64,000 bases of DNA from Paecilomyces variotii. Lineage: Eukaryota. Below the pieces are notes generated by a model that was given only the letters and a program-made list of their open reading frames with translations, had not been told where the DNA came from and did not search any database. A program made the translations under genes and the position numbers. Positions 11,860-25,331 of this stretch are shown piece after piece; position 1 is the stretch's first letter; each line of letters opens with the position of its first letter. The stretch is from NCBI GenBank assembly GCA_004022145.1, contig RCNU01000006.1; one strand, given 5' to 3'.

Positions 11860-13126
11860 TTCTTGTTCGATAATAACCCGTCGAATGATCCTATTGTGTC
11901 GGTAGCGCAGGAGATGCTGGATTATCTCGACTACGGCGGACTGTTCGCCGTCTTGCATTGCCGCAGCCGTCGACTTGAATCTCAACAAGTGAATTGTCCT
12001 CTTTGTCTTAACATGATATCTCTGAAGTTGTCCCGTATTTGTCCCTTTCGACGTATTTCATTTGAGAGGGTGTGAGCTATTACGGAGTGAAGCGTTGGTC
12101 GGCTGTATCATAGTGGAAATGATCCCCAAGAATATTCCTGCAATGCCGGTACTATCTGCGCTGTTTTGTCATCGAGTCTCGATATGTTTCTTTACTTTTT
12201 CTCTTCACCATTGTGTAGCAATTTGCTCCCTGTCATGAAAATATCTGCGGAAATTAAAATTTGAGGATGGTCCCGTTGACCAAGATATACTTCTCCGGTA
12301 GGACACGTTTGTCTACGTAGTAGCTGTTCAGTTAATGCCCATGTCCTTCAGGATAGCACTCGCGGCAGCACAGCTCATGCCGCGCGCTTCGTCGAGTCTG
12401 TCTTGTCACTTGTCTTCTTCTCGTTTACCAGCTGTTACGTCAGCTGGATAAGCTCGGTAGTTATAAGCGCGATATCCTCCGAGATCGAAGAACTCCGTAG
12501 ATAGTGGTTAATACTTCATATTTACGAAGTAACTCTTTTCAGAAGCGGGAAATAGGAGCACCAAATCACACTAGAATCCCGTGCCACGTTTAAAACGGCC
12601 CCCAAATGCAAGGAACACTCGTAGAAAGGGCGCGGGATAAGGATAGTAATAATGAAGAGCGGTCACCTGTCTGTCTCTCTCACTCACATACGTAATTACT
12701 CAGGAAAAAGAGATATCTCAGGAATTTGGTCTATTTACTTGCGAGATTGCATCCAGAAGCACCTACTGGATAAATCAACTAGAGATGCCGGGCTGGCTCT
12801 GGTATTAATCTATATCCTCGACTGCCCCTTGAGCATGACAACAGCAGGTTCAAGGCACCCTGCCGATCTTCTGCATCCCGAAAACTCAGCAGCATCTCCC
12901 CACAGTATACGAGCAGCTAAGCCACGAGCTATGGCAGTCCCAGACTTCCCTGTAAGGCAGCTAAGGTGCAGATAAGTTCGTGCTTGCATGGATTTCAAAG
13001 CATCCCTGCTGAATAAAAAATTGAAGCTTACTGCCCCCATGGTTCCTCGTTCTCGATCTTCGCCCAAGATCATTCTTCTTGCTGTATCATTGCTATCCAG
13101 AATTGTTTCTTGTAGTCTAAACCACC

Positions 13127-13939
13127 ATGTCTGGCTGCTGGGCGATGCACAGTGGCACGATCCAAAGGATCAGTGTTGACGTGCCCTGTGGACGTACCAA
13201 TTCCACTCATCCATATGTAACCTGCTGCGTGGCAGGCGATTACTGTTTGAGCAACTCCATCTGCGAACATGTCAGTAAGGATGGCACGAAGGGATATTAC
13301 AATGCCGACTGCACGGATCCAACTCTGCAGGATCCCGCATGTGGGACTCGATGTGGTAAGTCTTCATCAGTATGTTAACATGAGATAATGAGCTCACTGT
13401 ATGTTCTGATGATATATGTAGGAGGTAGAAGAGAATCCGACCTTGTTTTCATCCAAGATCGCGGTGTCTGGGCCTGCTGCACTAGTGATAATGGCACCAT
13501 TGATTGCAACAATCCCAGCATCGAGGTGTATCCCGGTCCAGCAACAGCTGATCTTGCTACGATACAATATGTCCCTGCCACTGGGACGCCGACCTATCCC
13601 GCACCGACAGGAACAGCGACATCCACTTCAAATACTACAGTCACTCAGACTTCGTCTTCATCATCTGGCGTGAGTCCTGGCGCTGCGGCTGGGATCGGAG
13701 TCGGAGTTGGAGCCGGTGTTGCTCTTGCTGCCTTCATGATTGCGTTCTTGTTCATGCGAAATCGGAGGCAAGCACAAAGTCGATCTGCTACAGCGCCTGC
13801 AGGCTACAATAGCGTACTAAGTCCGACAACATACCAAACATCACCGGCCGCTTGGACCGCCGAACCTGAAGTGCGACTGGCCCCAATATACGAGCTAAGT
13901 CATCCAAAACAACCACGAGGTGAACTTGATTCACAATAG
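13127..13939 (+). CDS. Hypothetical single-pass membrane protein with Cys-rich ectodomain, Ser/Thr stalk and GxxxG TM (Mid2/Skg6-like architecture); intron 13356-13421
   Basis: caccATG start context. Cys pattern CG...CCVAGDYCLSNSIC...CTDPTLQDPACGTRC...WACC, a T/S-rich stretch, and the TM AAAGIGVGVGAGVALAAFMIAFLFM followed by RNRR. Confidence 0.8.
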
Positions 13940-14099
13940 AAGTAATAGTGGTCATGTCTCGGGGCTGGCTGGAAAGATCTCATCTCCGAAGGGGCCCCGA
14001 GTCTGTCACGATAGAACTAAACAAAGCCGGAGAGAACGGTAATGTTTCACTGAGCTGTCCACAACCGACATCGTGAGCGGGAAGGATTATCGGATTTAC

Positions 14100-14977
14100 G
14101 ACAGAGAAAGGAACAATGGCGTATATATGACCTACCACACCATAGGGAAGACGCTTCCAGAACCGGTGAATATTCGGAGACAGTCTACGAGGATATCCTT
14201 CAGAGAAACCATACTTTGCGTCGAACTGGAGCTGGAGTTATGGATCTTCCTTTTCGAGGAAGATCATTGGGATACGAGAGTGGTGTTTCAAGAGTGCCGT
14301 CTTGGGTTTAGAGCTCTGCGGGTACTCCAAGAAACGATATTCGATCGTCTATATGGCATAATGATTGGTCGTTTATAAACGCCTTCTTTTATGAATCTAT
14401 GGCGCAAACGGAGAATAAATACCTACCGTTGCTAGGGGGCGTTGTGGTTTATTGGCCCTAATAATACTGAAGATGATACCGGCATCAATAATTTATTCTA
14501 TTACCCTTCTTATTTACTATCTATAGAGACCGGATTGTTTCTACCCGTCCCTAACCTTCTTCTTCTCAATCCGCTTTTCATGCACAAACAGCGGGTCTGG
14601 TGTCGTTTTGCAGATTTATAGCTTTCGGGTCCTACAGATGAAGTCTCTATAAAGCTCTTGCCAGCTATATATAAGTCCCCATGGCATGCTGGCTTATACT
14701 CTGTCCAGAATATTTCTGCCATCCATTCTAATTGTTCCTCATGTAGACGCCTATGGAATTCCTTGAAGGGATTTCCAAAACCTGCCTTCTCAATGTCTAC
14801 CATACACCGTAGAAAGAGTGCATTCCATACGAGCCCACGTATTGTCCCAGATGTTCTTGGAGGGGAGCTATTAATTCTCGATGTTTGCCCTGGTATTGGT
14901 AGTCTGCATTGTGTCACGTGATAAGTACACTGTACTTTCGCTGTCACTCTTTGATGTCTGTTATCATCTGTTATCAT
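14100..14977 (-). pseudogene. Possible decayed coding remnant
   Basis: Protein-like minus-strand segments (GLVWNALFLRCMVDIEKAGFGNPFKEFHRRLHEEQLEWMAEIFW; MIFLEKEDP*LQLQFDAKYGFSEGYPRRLSPNIHRFWKRLP) interrupted by stops. No family recognised. Confidence 0.25.
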
Positions 14978-15506
14978 CCATCCTCTTGATAAATAGAAAG
15001 CAGATTGGCGTTCGGATTACCGCGGAAGAGAGGTAAGTGTTCTTATACTTTACGCCAAAGCGCAACATTGTTTACTCTTTACCGTAGCGGGCCCATTCGA
15101 GTGTCCCATCACGTACATATCATCCAATAATGACTTCCCGATCGGCACACTCTTGATATATATTCGATATCTTCCATTTGAGCCGATCAGGGATCCACAA
15201 CGTGACATATCCCTCCAACGATAATGAGCACGACCGTTGATCGGCCTGTGGTGATTACGCCAGACTGCAGATTTCAGATCTCTAGCAAGGTCCTGGAGGG
15301 CGGCTAGAGTAGGCATGCTCGTAGTTATTTGAGCTGTCGTCTCCCCCGCTGTCTCGTCGTTGTCTTTTTGTTTCTTCATGGTCTTTCTTATCTACTGACC
15401 GGTAAGCATTGACGTCAACTGTTGCCACTATCCCCTACTGATTCAGTGTTACAGCGTTGAACTTCAGACGAACCTGTGTGCATACTATCTCTATCCCAAG
15501 TGAACA

Positions 15507-17320
15507 ATGGGCTCAAAGAACACCAGACAGTCGGGGGTGAGTCCCAGTCGGATCTCAGGCTAGCAGGCAATAATGATTACTGACTGCGATGCATACAGTC
15601 TGCAGAGGCCGGCACAAGAGACGAGGCGCAGACACCTGCACCTCCTTCTCAGGACCGACCAGCCTCGCCTACAAAACAGCCGTCCGCCGACTCGCCCAGG
15701 GCACTTGGTTCAGGTGGCCGACGGCGCAGCTCCGGGACCTCCAGACGGAGCGGTAGGTTTTCGGTTCTCTCTCACCCGACTTCGCTGGCAGAGCGGACGC
15801 AGGGGAAGTTCACTTTTGCTGGCCCAGACGACACGCCTCAGGTCCGGCGGGCTCATGAACCGTTCGTCCAGCCCGGCTATGCCGACCTCAACCCGGAGTA
15901 CGATCAGGCTTCCAGCGCGAAACCAGTATGGAGCTTGGCCAAACCGCTACCGCGCGTGGTGCGACCGGGCATGGTACCGACGAGAGAAGAACTGCTATCA
16001 AAGCCTGAGGTGCCAGCAGAGAACTCCCAGAAACTTGGGTTGGACGTGGACCTGAGTGAGCTTGAGAAGGGAAGGATTCAGAAGAGTACTAACCCTCGGA
16101 AAATTGCGGCGCAGGTTGCGGATGCTCGCAGGCGACGTGAGGCTAACTTGGTAAAGAAGCTCCTAAGCGGTGACGCAGCGTCCACGAGACGCTCATCGTC
16201 TTCGATTCGCCCTTCTTCAAACCGATCGAAGAGTGCAGCAACTTCGGGCTTGCCGGTAGACCAGCTAACGCCGGTCGAAGAAGGAGAGCCACTCACGGAA
16301 GATCAAGTGGAAGATGCGCGGCAGGATCAGGATGACGACGTGCTTGAGGACGTTCCTGACGAGAGATCGCCACTGTTGGGCGACCAGACGGACTCTAACA
16401 TCGATGAGAAGAATGTTCCGGAGGATCTCCATCCGTTGGTGGCAGAGCTTGTCGAAGATGAGATCCATAACCACCACACCACCTGGTCGGTTATCCGAAC
16501 ACACCATCGCGAAGCACTTGCTGAGTTCCTCGCAGTGTATGTCCAACTCACTGTCGGCTTCTGCGCCGATCTGGCCGTGACTTTTGCCAATGCAGGCAAT
16601 CCTAACACCACCGCCTGGGCTTGGGGTTTGGCTACCATGATGGCTATCTATATCTCTGGCGGAGTGTCCGGTGCGCATCTCAATCCGGCAGTTACTGTTG
16701 TGCTCTGGTTTTACCGCGGTTTTCCTACGCGTAAGCTACCAGATTACTTTGGAGCGCAGTTCATCGGAGCCTTCTTGGCCGCAATCTCCGCATACGGTAT
16801 CTACTATGGCCCCATCCAGCACTACCTCAGCACCAACCCGGATGGTATCGTAGGGAGCTTTGTCACTGGCCCACAATCGCCATGGATCACGCCTGTAACA
16901 GCCTTCTTCAACGAATTCGCCGGGGCTGGCATTCTAATAATCACACTTCTGGCTCTTGGAGATGATCAGAATGCACCACCTGGAGCCGGAATGAACTCAC
17001 TTATTGTCGGCCTCATCATCACCTGCCTGTCTGTCACGTTCGCCTACGAGACTGGAGGAGCGCTCAATCCGAGCCGTGACTTCGGCCCGCGACTGGCCCT
17101 GCTCTTGCTAGGCCATGGCCGTGAGCTGTTCACGAAGAGCTGGTATTGGCTCTATGGACCGTGGGCGGGTGCTCTCGGTGGCGCTCTTGTGGGAGCGTTC
17201 TTGTATGACTTTCTGATATTCACCGGTGGAGAGTCCCCGATCAATTATCCACTCGAACGGACACAGAGAGCCCTTAAGAAGACTCAAATGAAGTGGAAAC
17301 GCAGACTTCATCTTGCTTAA
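15507..17320 (+). CDS. Aquaglyceroporin (MIP family), Yfl054-like long N-terminus; exons 15507-15536, 15599-17320
   Basis: MIP signature SGAHLNPA, a second loop LNPSRDFGPR with the glyceroporin Asp, six hydrophobic helices, and the N-terminal PVWSLAKPLPRV motif. A GTGAGT...CTGAC...CAG intron restores the ATG start. Confidence 0.93.
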
Positions 17321-20300
17321 GAAAGAACGTCTGATGAGTCATTACTGCTGAATGTCCCTTAAATTGCACCAATATGCCTTTTCACGATGTCTTTCCTATA
17401 TTTTGTGTTAAATGTTTCGTCATGCGTTAGAGTTAGACCAGATAGAGTATAGAGATTAACGTGCCTAGAAAACAGAATATCATGTTCTCACTTGAACAAT
17501 AGTGAGTTCTTGAAATATAAACCGATCATCTCGGTCAAAGACGACTGTAATCGCACTAACTCACAGAAAAAGTACACTACGCATTCAGAATGATAGATAT
17601 CGAGTTAGATTGTTCTTCTCTAAGACTAACTTGGGAGACAACGAATTGGAAATGCGTCCTCGTCGATGAGGATATGCGACATGCAATACAATATGTTTCA
17701 GGCGATTTCGAACGGGGTATACGTTTCAGTAACTACCTAACTTGCAAGTAAGAGATAAATTGCATTTTTCTGACAATAATCATGATAGGATCTCAACGAT
17801 ATGGCACTTATGTTCTTAAGTCAGAATTAACCAGCAAGATAATAATACTTGTACTTCTAGCTTATAATTACATACTTTCATACTAAGAGCATGGGTGATA
17901 TACTTCATTTATGTAAAAAGTTGAGAATATGAAGAGTCTTCTGAGCATGTCTGGGGATTTATCTACGGTGTTCTACTCTAATTACTCTTGCGAGGCATTA
18001 TTGTATCAGAGTATAAATCACCATTCTTCAATCCGTGAAGATCTAAGATCACGCAAGCAAAGATTCCGAAGCAGCATTTAAAACGGGAATAATCTCTTAA
18101 TTACTTGGAGAATTAAAGGACACCGAAATCTATCAACTATTTATGTTCATTGACTCTATCCCAATATCGCAGCTGAGCTGAATCCCTAATTAAACCGTTC
18201 CATGGTCCTACTCCCATCCTTCTTGATCCCCATATAGGTGGATCTAGGTGGCTTTCCGTTGCTAGCTGCTACCCGGTTTGTATAGGATAGGAGCAGCGGA
18301 TTGCAGCAGGTTTGTAGCTCGTCGTCCCCATAGAAGTCGTGAGAGCTGACACAATCTTCTCTGATATATGTCCAAAAACGATCAGATGAGTAGCTAGCTG
18401 AAAGGAAAGGACGATGTGCCTACCCTCGAGCTTTACTTACGCTGCTGCTTTTTTTTTCCGGAGCCATAAGTTTGTAAGGCCCAGTTTTCGATATACTAAT
18501 AACAAGTACCTTGGATTCAATAATTTCAAAATGTCTACGATAGTCGACATATCATATTATTCTGCGAAAGAGTATTGAACTTCCTATGTCGGGAGAAATT
18601 CCCGAAATCTTATACCATGACTAGGTACCTATCTATATGTTCTAGATAACTTACCCCCAAACGTACCTAAAAATAGATCAATCTCTCGCGAGAAACGCGG
18701 AAGGTTATTATTACCTTATATTCTGCAGGAAGCCATCTTTGATCGAAAACCCTTGCAGATTTGTCCCAGAAAACTACTGTACAAGAAAATATTCCGACGT
18801 CAAGCCACAAAGTGGATCTCGGCTATAATTCTCTTTCTTGTTTCATTTGCGCTATACACTATGTACTGTGTACGCTGTGGAGTGACATGTTTAAACGAAG
18901 AGGACTATGCGACAGCGACTATTGAAAAAGGACTGTAGTCGGGGAAGTTTTAGCTTGTGGATTGGATTTCAAATAGTTAGTAGTAGCGAGACCGTGGTGG
19001 TGGTAGTTAAGTAATGCCGACAGATTGGATATCCCCCGCTTAAGTAAGGACTCGGTTCGGATTGTTGGAACTTGGGGACTGACAATTTGAGATGGATCAC
19101 AAAAAGGAAACCCACTGAGTGTATTTTATTTTGCGAATAAACATACCACTGGGTCACGTTGCACGGACTTATTCGGGTAAGACATAGCATGGGAATCACG
19201 GTCTCTTCTTATTTTCCAATAGATTTCTTTTTTGTACCGTTTAGAAAATTCAGTTGGGGTTGAAGATCTCGGGCAATTGCCACGAGTAATGTCTTGCAGA
19301 GTGTGAATCGGCGTCGCCGAAGGTCAGAAGATGACTGACAAGCTGAAAGCTTTCTCGGAAACCGGGACGGGCCATGGCCAATGAAGCGTGAAAACAAAAG
19401 ACCTCTTGGATGTGTCTTGATTGGCGGTGAACAGAGACTAGTTGGATAGATGTGATCGCATCCCTGAGCCGACCTGGACTCTCTCGGGCCTGTAGGTTTC
19501 ATACGTTGGCGGGATACCCGTCTATGACAGTAGTCTAAATCCACCTGTACCATATGTGTCGTGTGCATGGCATTGGGGTTCAGTGACACACAATATGTGT
19601 GATGGTGCTGGGACCATGATCTGTCAGAAAACCCAGTGTCACGACTCACTGGACAGTTTATTTCTGGCGAGCGCTTGCGACAGGGCCAATTCTGTTTGTC
19701 GTTCAGCAGCGGTGATCTCTATTGGTTCATAACTCAGCAGTGATGGCGGATAGTGATCTACGAACTGGCCAAACAGATCAGTAGGGTCGACTATGGAGTA
19801 AAGAAAAACCAAAGGTTCTTTTAGACAGCTTGATCGACCCGCGAAGGCTGGGGCGTATTGCTCACTTTGACAGTTCTAGCCTCGAGGACACGGTTCCAAC
19901 TTCCCAGTGACAGATCGCGATCAGACGGCTTTTCAGTCTGTGCTTTTCGGTATCTCCACCAGTGGGACTGTCATGAAGTGTTTTGTTCGGGTGTGGCGAT
20001 CACGACGGCGGCCCCCATCGCTCCCGCAAACACTTTCCAAGGAGATCTGACCGATTCCGAGACGAGCCCAGCGTGGTATAGGGTAATAATAATACATAGC
20101 AAAAGAGCAGTGTTGGGCTGATGATAATATAGAGTAGAGCAGGTCACTCAAGGGATAGACCTATTATCCTGCAGCTGGAAGTGGGGGAATATGACAGAAA
20201 ATGAGATGACATCCACCACGCTGAAGGCTCAAAAATCTAAAACGATTCGTCTGCGAATAAACTGTCCCTGTTGATAAATATTCAGCTCGAGTCCGTCTCG

Positions 20301-23300
20301 GGAACGGCTATAATAGGGCATCATTGTAGCACACTCTGGAAGAATCGATCAGCCATAATCAACGAGAATTGTAGGCGTCATAGGAATCGACGGTGGTACC
20401 AAGACGCGGAAGATTTCTCTAGCCAAACGGCGGATATCTTCGGTTTCTCTTGACATGGGGCTATACCGATGAAACATGCGCGTCCTTGCTGACATTTTCT
20501 TCGGATCAACATTGCATGCATTCTGTGTTACAGTAGCGGCGACATGCGTACAGAACTGCAGCTTGTGAGACTGAAAGAATAGTCCCGTCCTCGTGTGCGA
20601 TCCTTATCTTCGGAAATACTCGTCAGAAAAGTACCAGAGCCGCAAGACTGAAACTGGCGCGAGGAGAGATCGGGGGAAGTAGTTAGTTGTCGCGCAATGG
20701 CGGTCAATTCATGATTTCTTGTTGCTTGCAGCCCTAAAACATTCCCAAGCAATCCATTGGCAAGCTAAGCGCATACCATAGATCGAACACCGGATACAAC
20801 GCAAGGTCCATCTGCCGAACTCCTATTCCCACATGGCGAGAAACATGCACAAGGCTCTCGATAACTATCCAATAATATACAGTCATTATTTTTTCTTCTC
20901 ATGGCCATAAGCAGCATTGGAGCCGCCGCGGATCTTCGCAATCGCATCGACTCCGTAGTCAAATATACTCCGTATACTGCCCTTCTCTCTTCCCCCTCCC
21001 GTCTTCCAAGGACTTCGTTGGAATTAGCCCCATTGAGAAAAGTCTGTCTGATAAGGTCAAGTATCTATGATGCCAAAATGTATACGTGAGGAGCCGGAGT
21101 TCTAGATCTCCATCCGTTCGCACTCTAACTCGACGCACGCATAGAAGACTGATCTCAACCATTCATCATTACTCGATCCCGCGTGTAAGATATGAGGAAT
21201 ATAACTATAAGCTTCCTAGTGATTTGTAAACACATCAGTCGTGGAGGCCCATGGAATGCGCTTTGCCCACTTTCCAGGCGTGTCTGCAGAAAGGATGTAA
21301 TGAGCAAATAACACTTACCAGCGTCTATCAGGGCCATTATTATCCTGAGCGCTTGTTGTGCACCCCCATGTCAACAAGCCGTCCATAAGAATAGAGTTCG
21401 CGGAGATTTCTGGATCTAGAAGGTCTTTCAGATGATATTCATTGCTCCGAGGCTCCTGTTTGCGCCATTTTCCACACCCCGCAAGATTATCAATTGTACC
21501 CCGGAAACAGAGAATTACCGATCCATGGACCGTTTGTTTTTTCAAAAATACATCTCAATGCTTATGCATTTGCCAATTGCTGTAGACGAGCCATCAAGAA
21601 GTCCGTCCCGGTACAGTGGAGATGGGACAAAGGTTCCTCTGAGTCTGTGACGTCTAGAGTACAATGAGAACCACATGGCTGAGCCTATTTTCTCTCTGCT
21701 AAGCGCGCGTGGGAGCGTCACCGGAAAATGGACGCGGTAACTAACTATTCGAGGTATACTCCCCCGAGCCATGGACGCCCGAAAGTCTGTTTGCTCACCA
21801 TGAAAGAGCCCGTTTGTCAAAGGTTGACCAGAAGGTTGTGATCTTCAACAGTCCACGTTTCCAACGAGTCACGGCATATGCGAACCTTGACCGCCGACGG
21901 TACACAGGGTAGTCTAATAAAGCTTCCTTGGTGTTCTTCGGGACTTCGAAGTCACCAGTCCCTGGACCAGAGACACACAACGGCACAACGCTCAAGTGTC
22001 AGGTAACAATGGTTTGATTCTGATCAAATCTCGGTGGACTGGTGGTTCTGCTCTGCTGGGTGCTTCAACGAATCCCATCGCTAGTCACCCTGCAGTAGTT
22101 AAGGCTAGATATTGGCGTCGGGTCCGTGATCCTTCGTCACAGCATCCCAGGAGCACTGCATTCTGCGTGGGAGCATTTCCGTAACGTCTGCGGCGTAATA
22201 CTCTAATCCCCGATTTTGAGTTACACCGTCGTGCGGTCAGGCAGGTACATGAGTCGATCCTTGTTCGCATTATTATTTCGACTCCAGCCCATCGTTACTA
22301 GTGTCTTTGGCCCGGCCTCAGTGGCACGGGGCGCTCCATCCTGCCTTGAGAAAAGAAAGAGAAGACTGTGCGTCTGGAACGTATATCGAAGGGCGTCGCT
22401 GCGGCACTGACTCTGTTAACAAGGATCCCCTTCCCCTCTTGGCGTCCTTTTTTTCTCTCTCTGGGTACAACGGGAGATCCGGTCGTTGCCCGAGACGGGG
22501 AACAACCAAGACACCGGGGGGAGCCAGAAGATCATGCCTGTTTCAAGCAGTGAGCCGGCCATCCGGTACGATTAGAAAGCAGAAATAAGGTCTAGTTTGC
22601 TAGTTAGCTGAGATTATTGGCGCATGGAAGAGTAGAGTACGGTCATGGTCTGCGATGCGATATGCCGACCTCACGTTGACGGTTACCGCAACAAACGGCG
22701 GAGATTGGGGGCGCACAAATGCTGAATCGCATAGCTTCAGGATCAATTGAGATCGACCGTTACTCCAACGGCAGTCGAGAAGAGCGCAAGCACACGAAGA
22801 CTGTGGCATGCGATGCTTATTCGCGGCCCCTGGGAGACCGGGCGAGCACAGGGCTCAAAGCCCCTCCTCGCACTTGGTTCGAACTAAAAGCGACTAACTA
22901 TCCGTTTATCCACCAGACTCTCTCCATCTATCGATTACGATCCCAGTCTCCATGCTCTCGCCAGCGGAGCCGTCTTTCCGTGTAACGGGCTAGGAACGCT
23001 CTGTTCGAGTCCCCTGCGTTTACTCCAAGAGTGTCTAGTCTATCTAGGCTATCTATCCGCTGGTGGAGTTCTTGCGCCAGCATCTCGACGCCAGGGCCGC
23101 TATACGCCGCGATGCTGAACCATCTTCGATCTCGACCACCGCCCCCGCCGGTGGCTCTGATAGGATACTCAACGCGTACCTGCTTGTCTGTGACATGGCG
23201 GTAATTTTGATCCAGATTGTACGTCTGCTTGGGGCCTTGGGTAGATGGAACACCCTGGTCCAAGCCCCCCCGGTCTGTCCACGGACACAATGGCCTCGTG

Positions 23301-23577
23301 CACTGGGACGCGCCTCAGAGCGCTCTGACAGCCGGTGCAGACAATTATATCTCTGCTCGTTGCCCTCTCCTGCCCGGGCTGCTTTCCCCGCATGGGAGAC
23401 CCCGGAGGTTAACATTGTTGAGGGATCAATTGCGCTGACTGCGACGCTCTGCGCGCGGTATCTACGCGCAAGAACGGCCACGATCAGCCTGTCCCAAGAG
23501 GATCATGCGAGTCCTCTACGACATTGACACGCAACACCCAGGAGCGAACGACCAGACCTGACGTTGGGGAGCACACG

Positions 23578-25331
23578 ATGGCGACGCAGGCGAAGAATGG
23601 GCTCTGCCCGGCTCCATTCCTGCAGGAGAGTCTCTTTCCCGAGACGGGTGGATGTATGTGCTTGTCTACAGGGTCATATTACTGGGCTCGGATGCTGACT
23701 GCCTCCAGTCATCGACGGACGCTTCTGCGAAACGACTCAGACGGCCCGGGGCGCAGTTTCTTGCTGTCTGCCATGCCCATCGTCAGACTGGAGATATACA
23801 GGTAGGATAGTGCCAATGCGACGTTACAACGATGTGCCACGGCTGACAATACGCTCTAGATCTGAATAGCAATACAAAAGTAGCGAGTTGGCTGAACGTC
23901 GCAATTCTCCCGCTCAGCATATTTCTTCTCGCCTCGTATGCTGTCCTTCCTGCAAAATGGACGCATCGCCACTATTTGAGTATTTGCTTCACCCTGGGCA
24001 TCTGTTTTATGGAGGTATATACATCACAATCTTGCGTTTACGACCTAAGCTAACATCATGGCCTGCCTTTAGCTTGCCTTCATCATCCCTCTTGGCTCTA
24101 AGCCAAATCAATGTTATAATGAAATTACACCCAATGATATGAGATCGGACCTTTCATGTGCTTTTACGGGGTCCTTCCTCCTCTTTGGTGGTTGGGTTGT
24201 CATCATGTGGAGTATGCCAGATACCGTCCTCCTTTCTCTTGAAGTAAAATTGACTGGATGTCTGCAGGTTTCCTCCGTACCGTCGCTCTTCATCTCCAAG
24301 TCTGCTGGGAGATTCTTATCGGACCCAAGTTCATGGCAGCAGCTCTCTTGGCCGGATGGGGTATTCCAGCTATTGGTCTGGCGCTCATGCTCGTCTTTAC
24401 TGGCGTGTCCTACCGCTTCGGAAATACCTGCCATATCAACCACGCCAACAGCTTGAGAGACTACTGGATTCCACTGATGGTATTCGCTTTTGCTGCTCTT
24501 TTGCTGCAGATGACCACTCTCATTTACTGCATTCATATCTATGTCAGGTCCTTTTTCGATGACAAAGCCACGACGACCAACAGCTCGGCTTTGCCATCCT
24601 ACTCCGGCAGCGTTCGCAGTACTACTGCACGGCAGGCGTACAGGCGCGTGCGCAGAGTTATCCAGCTGCAATGGCGAGGAATTGCAATTGTTTTGACTAT
24701 CATTGGCAATGTGATCTTCTTCGCAGTTGTCTTCATCAGAATGGATAACTCATTAAGGCTTTCGCCCGAAATGGAAAAGAAAGCAGCAGGTTGGATTGTA
24801 TGTCTGGCCCTCACCAAGGGCGACCGCAATGCATGCGTGGACAAAGCCCACGGGGTAGGTCCAAATGAAGCCACCGTTCTGGCGGTACTTATTCTTCTAT
24901 CTCTGAGTGGTCTCTGGAACTTCATCTTCCTGGTGCGAACTACCATGATCATGGGATGGGTTAATCTCGTGAAGGGTCTATTCAAACCCCAAAGCGAATT
25001 CGTCTCTGCTGATGCTAGGGTTAGTGTTCCGGATCCTCGATCTTACGAGATGCTGAGCTCCGGAGACAAGTCGCTGAAATCGCCGGATCCGGTTGTCACA
25101 TCGCCAGACTCTGGGATGTCGTCCACGCTGCGTTTTTCTGATAGTAAAGGCCAGGAACCCGGCGATTACTTTGGACGTGACGCGAAATATACACAACCAG
25201 CCTACAGTTTCTCAGCACCCCGGCCCCCTCCCGCATCGCGTGGCAACTCTCCGGGCCACTGGGATCCTCAATCCACCTTTGCTCGTTCTACTTCTCCGTA
25301 CGGCCACGACTATGACTACCAGAAGCCATGA
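23578..25331 (+). CDS. gprM: 7-TM G-protein-coupled receptor, GprM-like; exons 23578-23653, 23709-23801, 23860-24014, 24073-24211, 24268-25331
   Basis: Spliced N-terminus LCPAPFLQESLFPETGGFIDGRFC...CCLPCPSSDWRY, then WTHRHYLSICF, QCYNEITPNDM, GWGIP, GVSYRFGNTCHINH, LQWRGI, seven hydrophobic segments and an S/P-rich tail. The family call is recalled, not searched. Confidence 0.75.

Noticed and set aside
22928..23527. 154-aa plus and 120-142-aa minus ORFs before the GPCR
   Set aside because: Non-ATG or weak starts, no recognisable domains, and open on both strands as expected by chance in GC-rich leader DNA.
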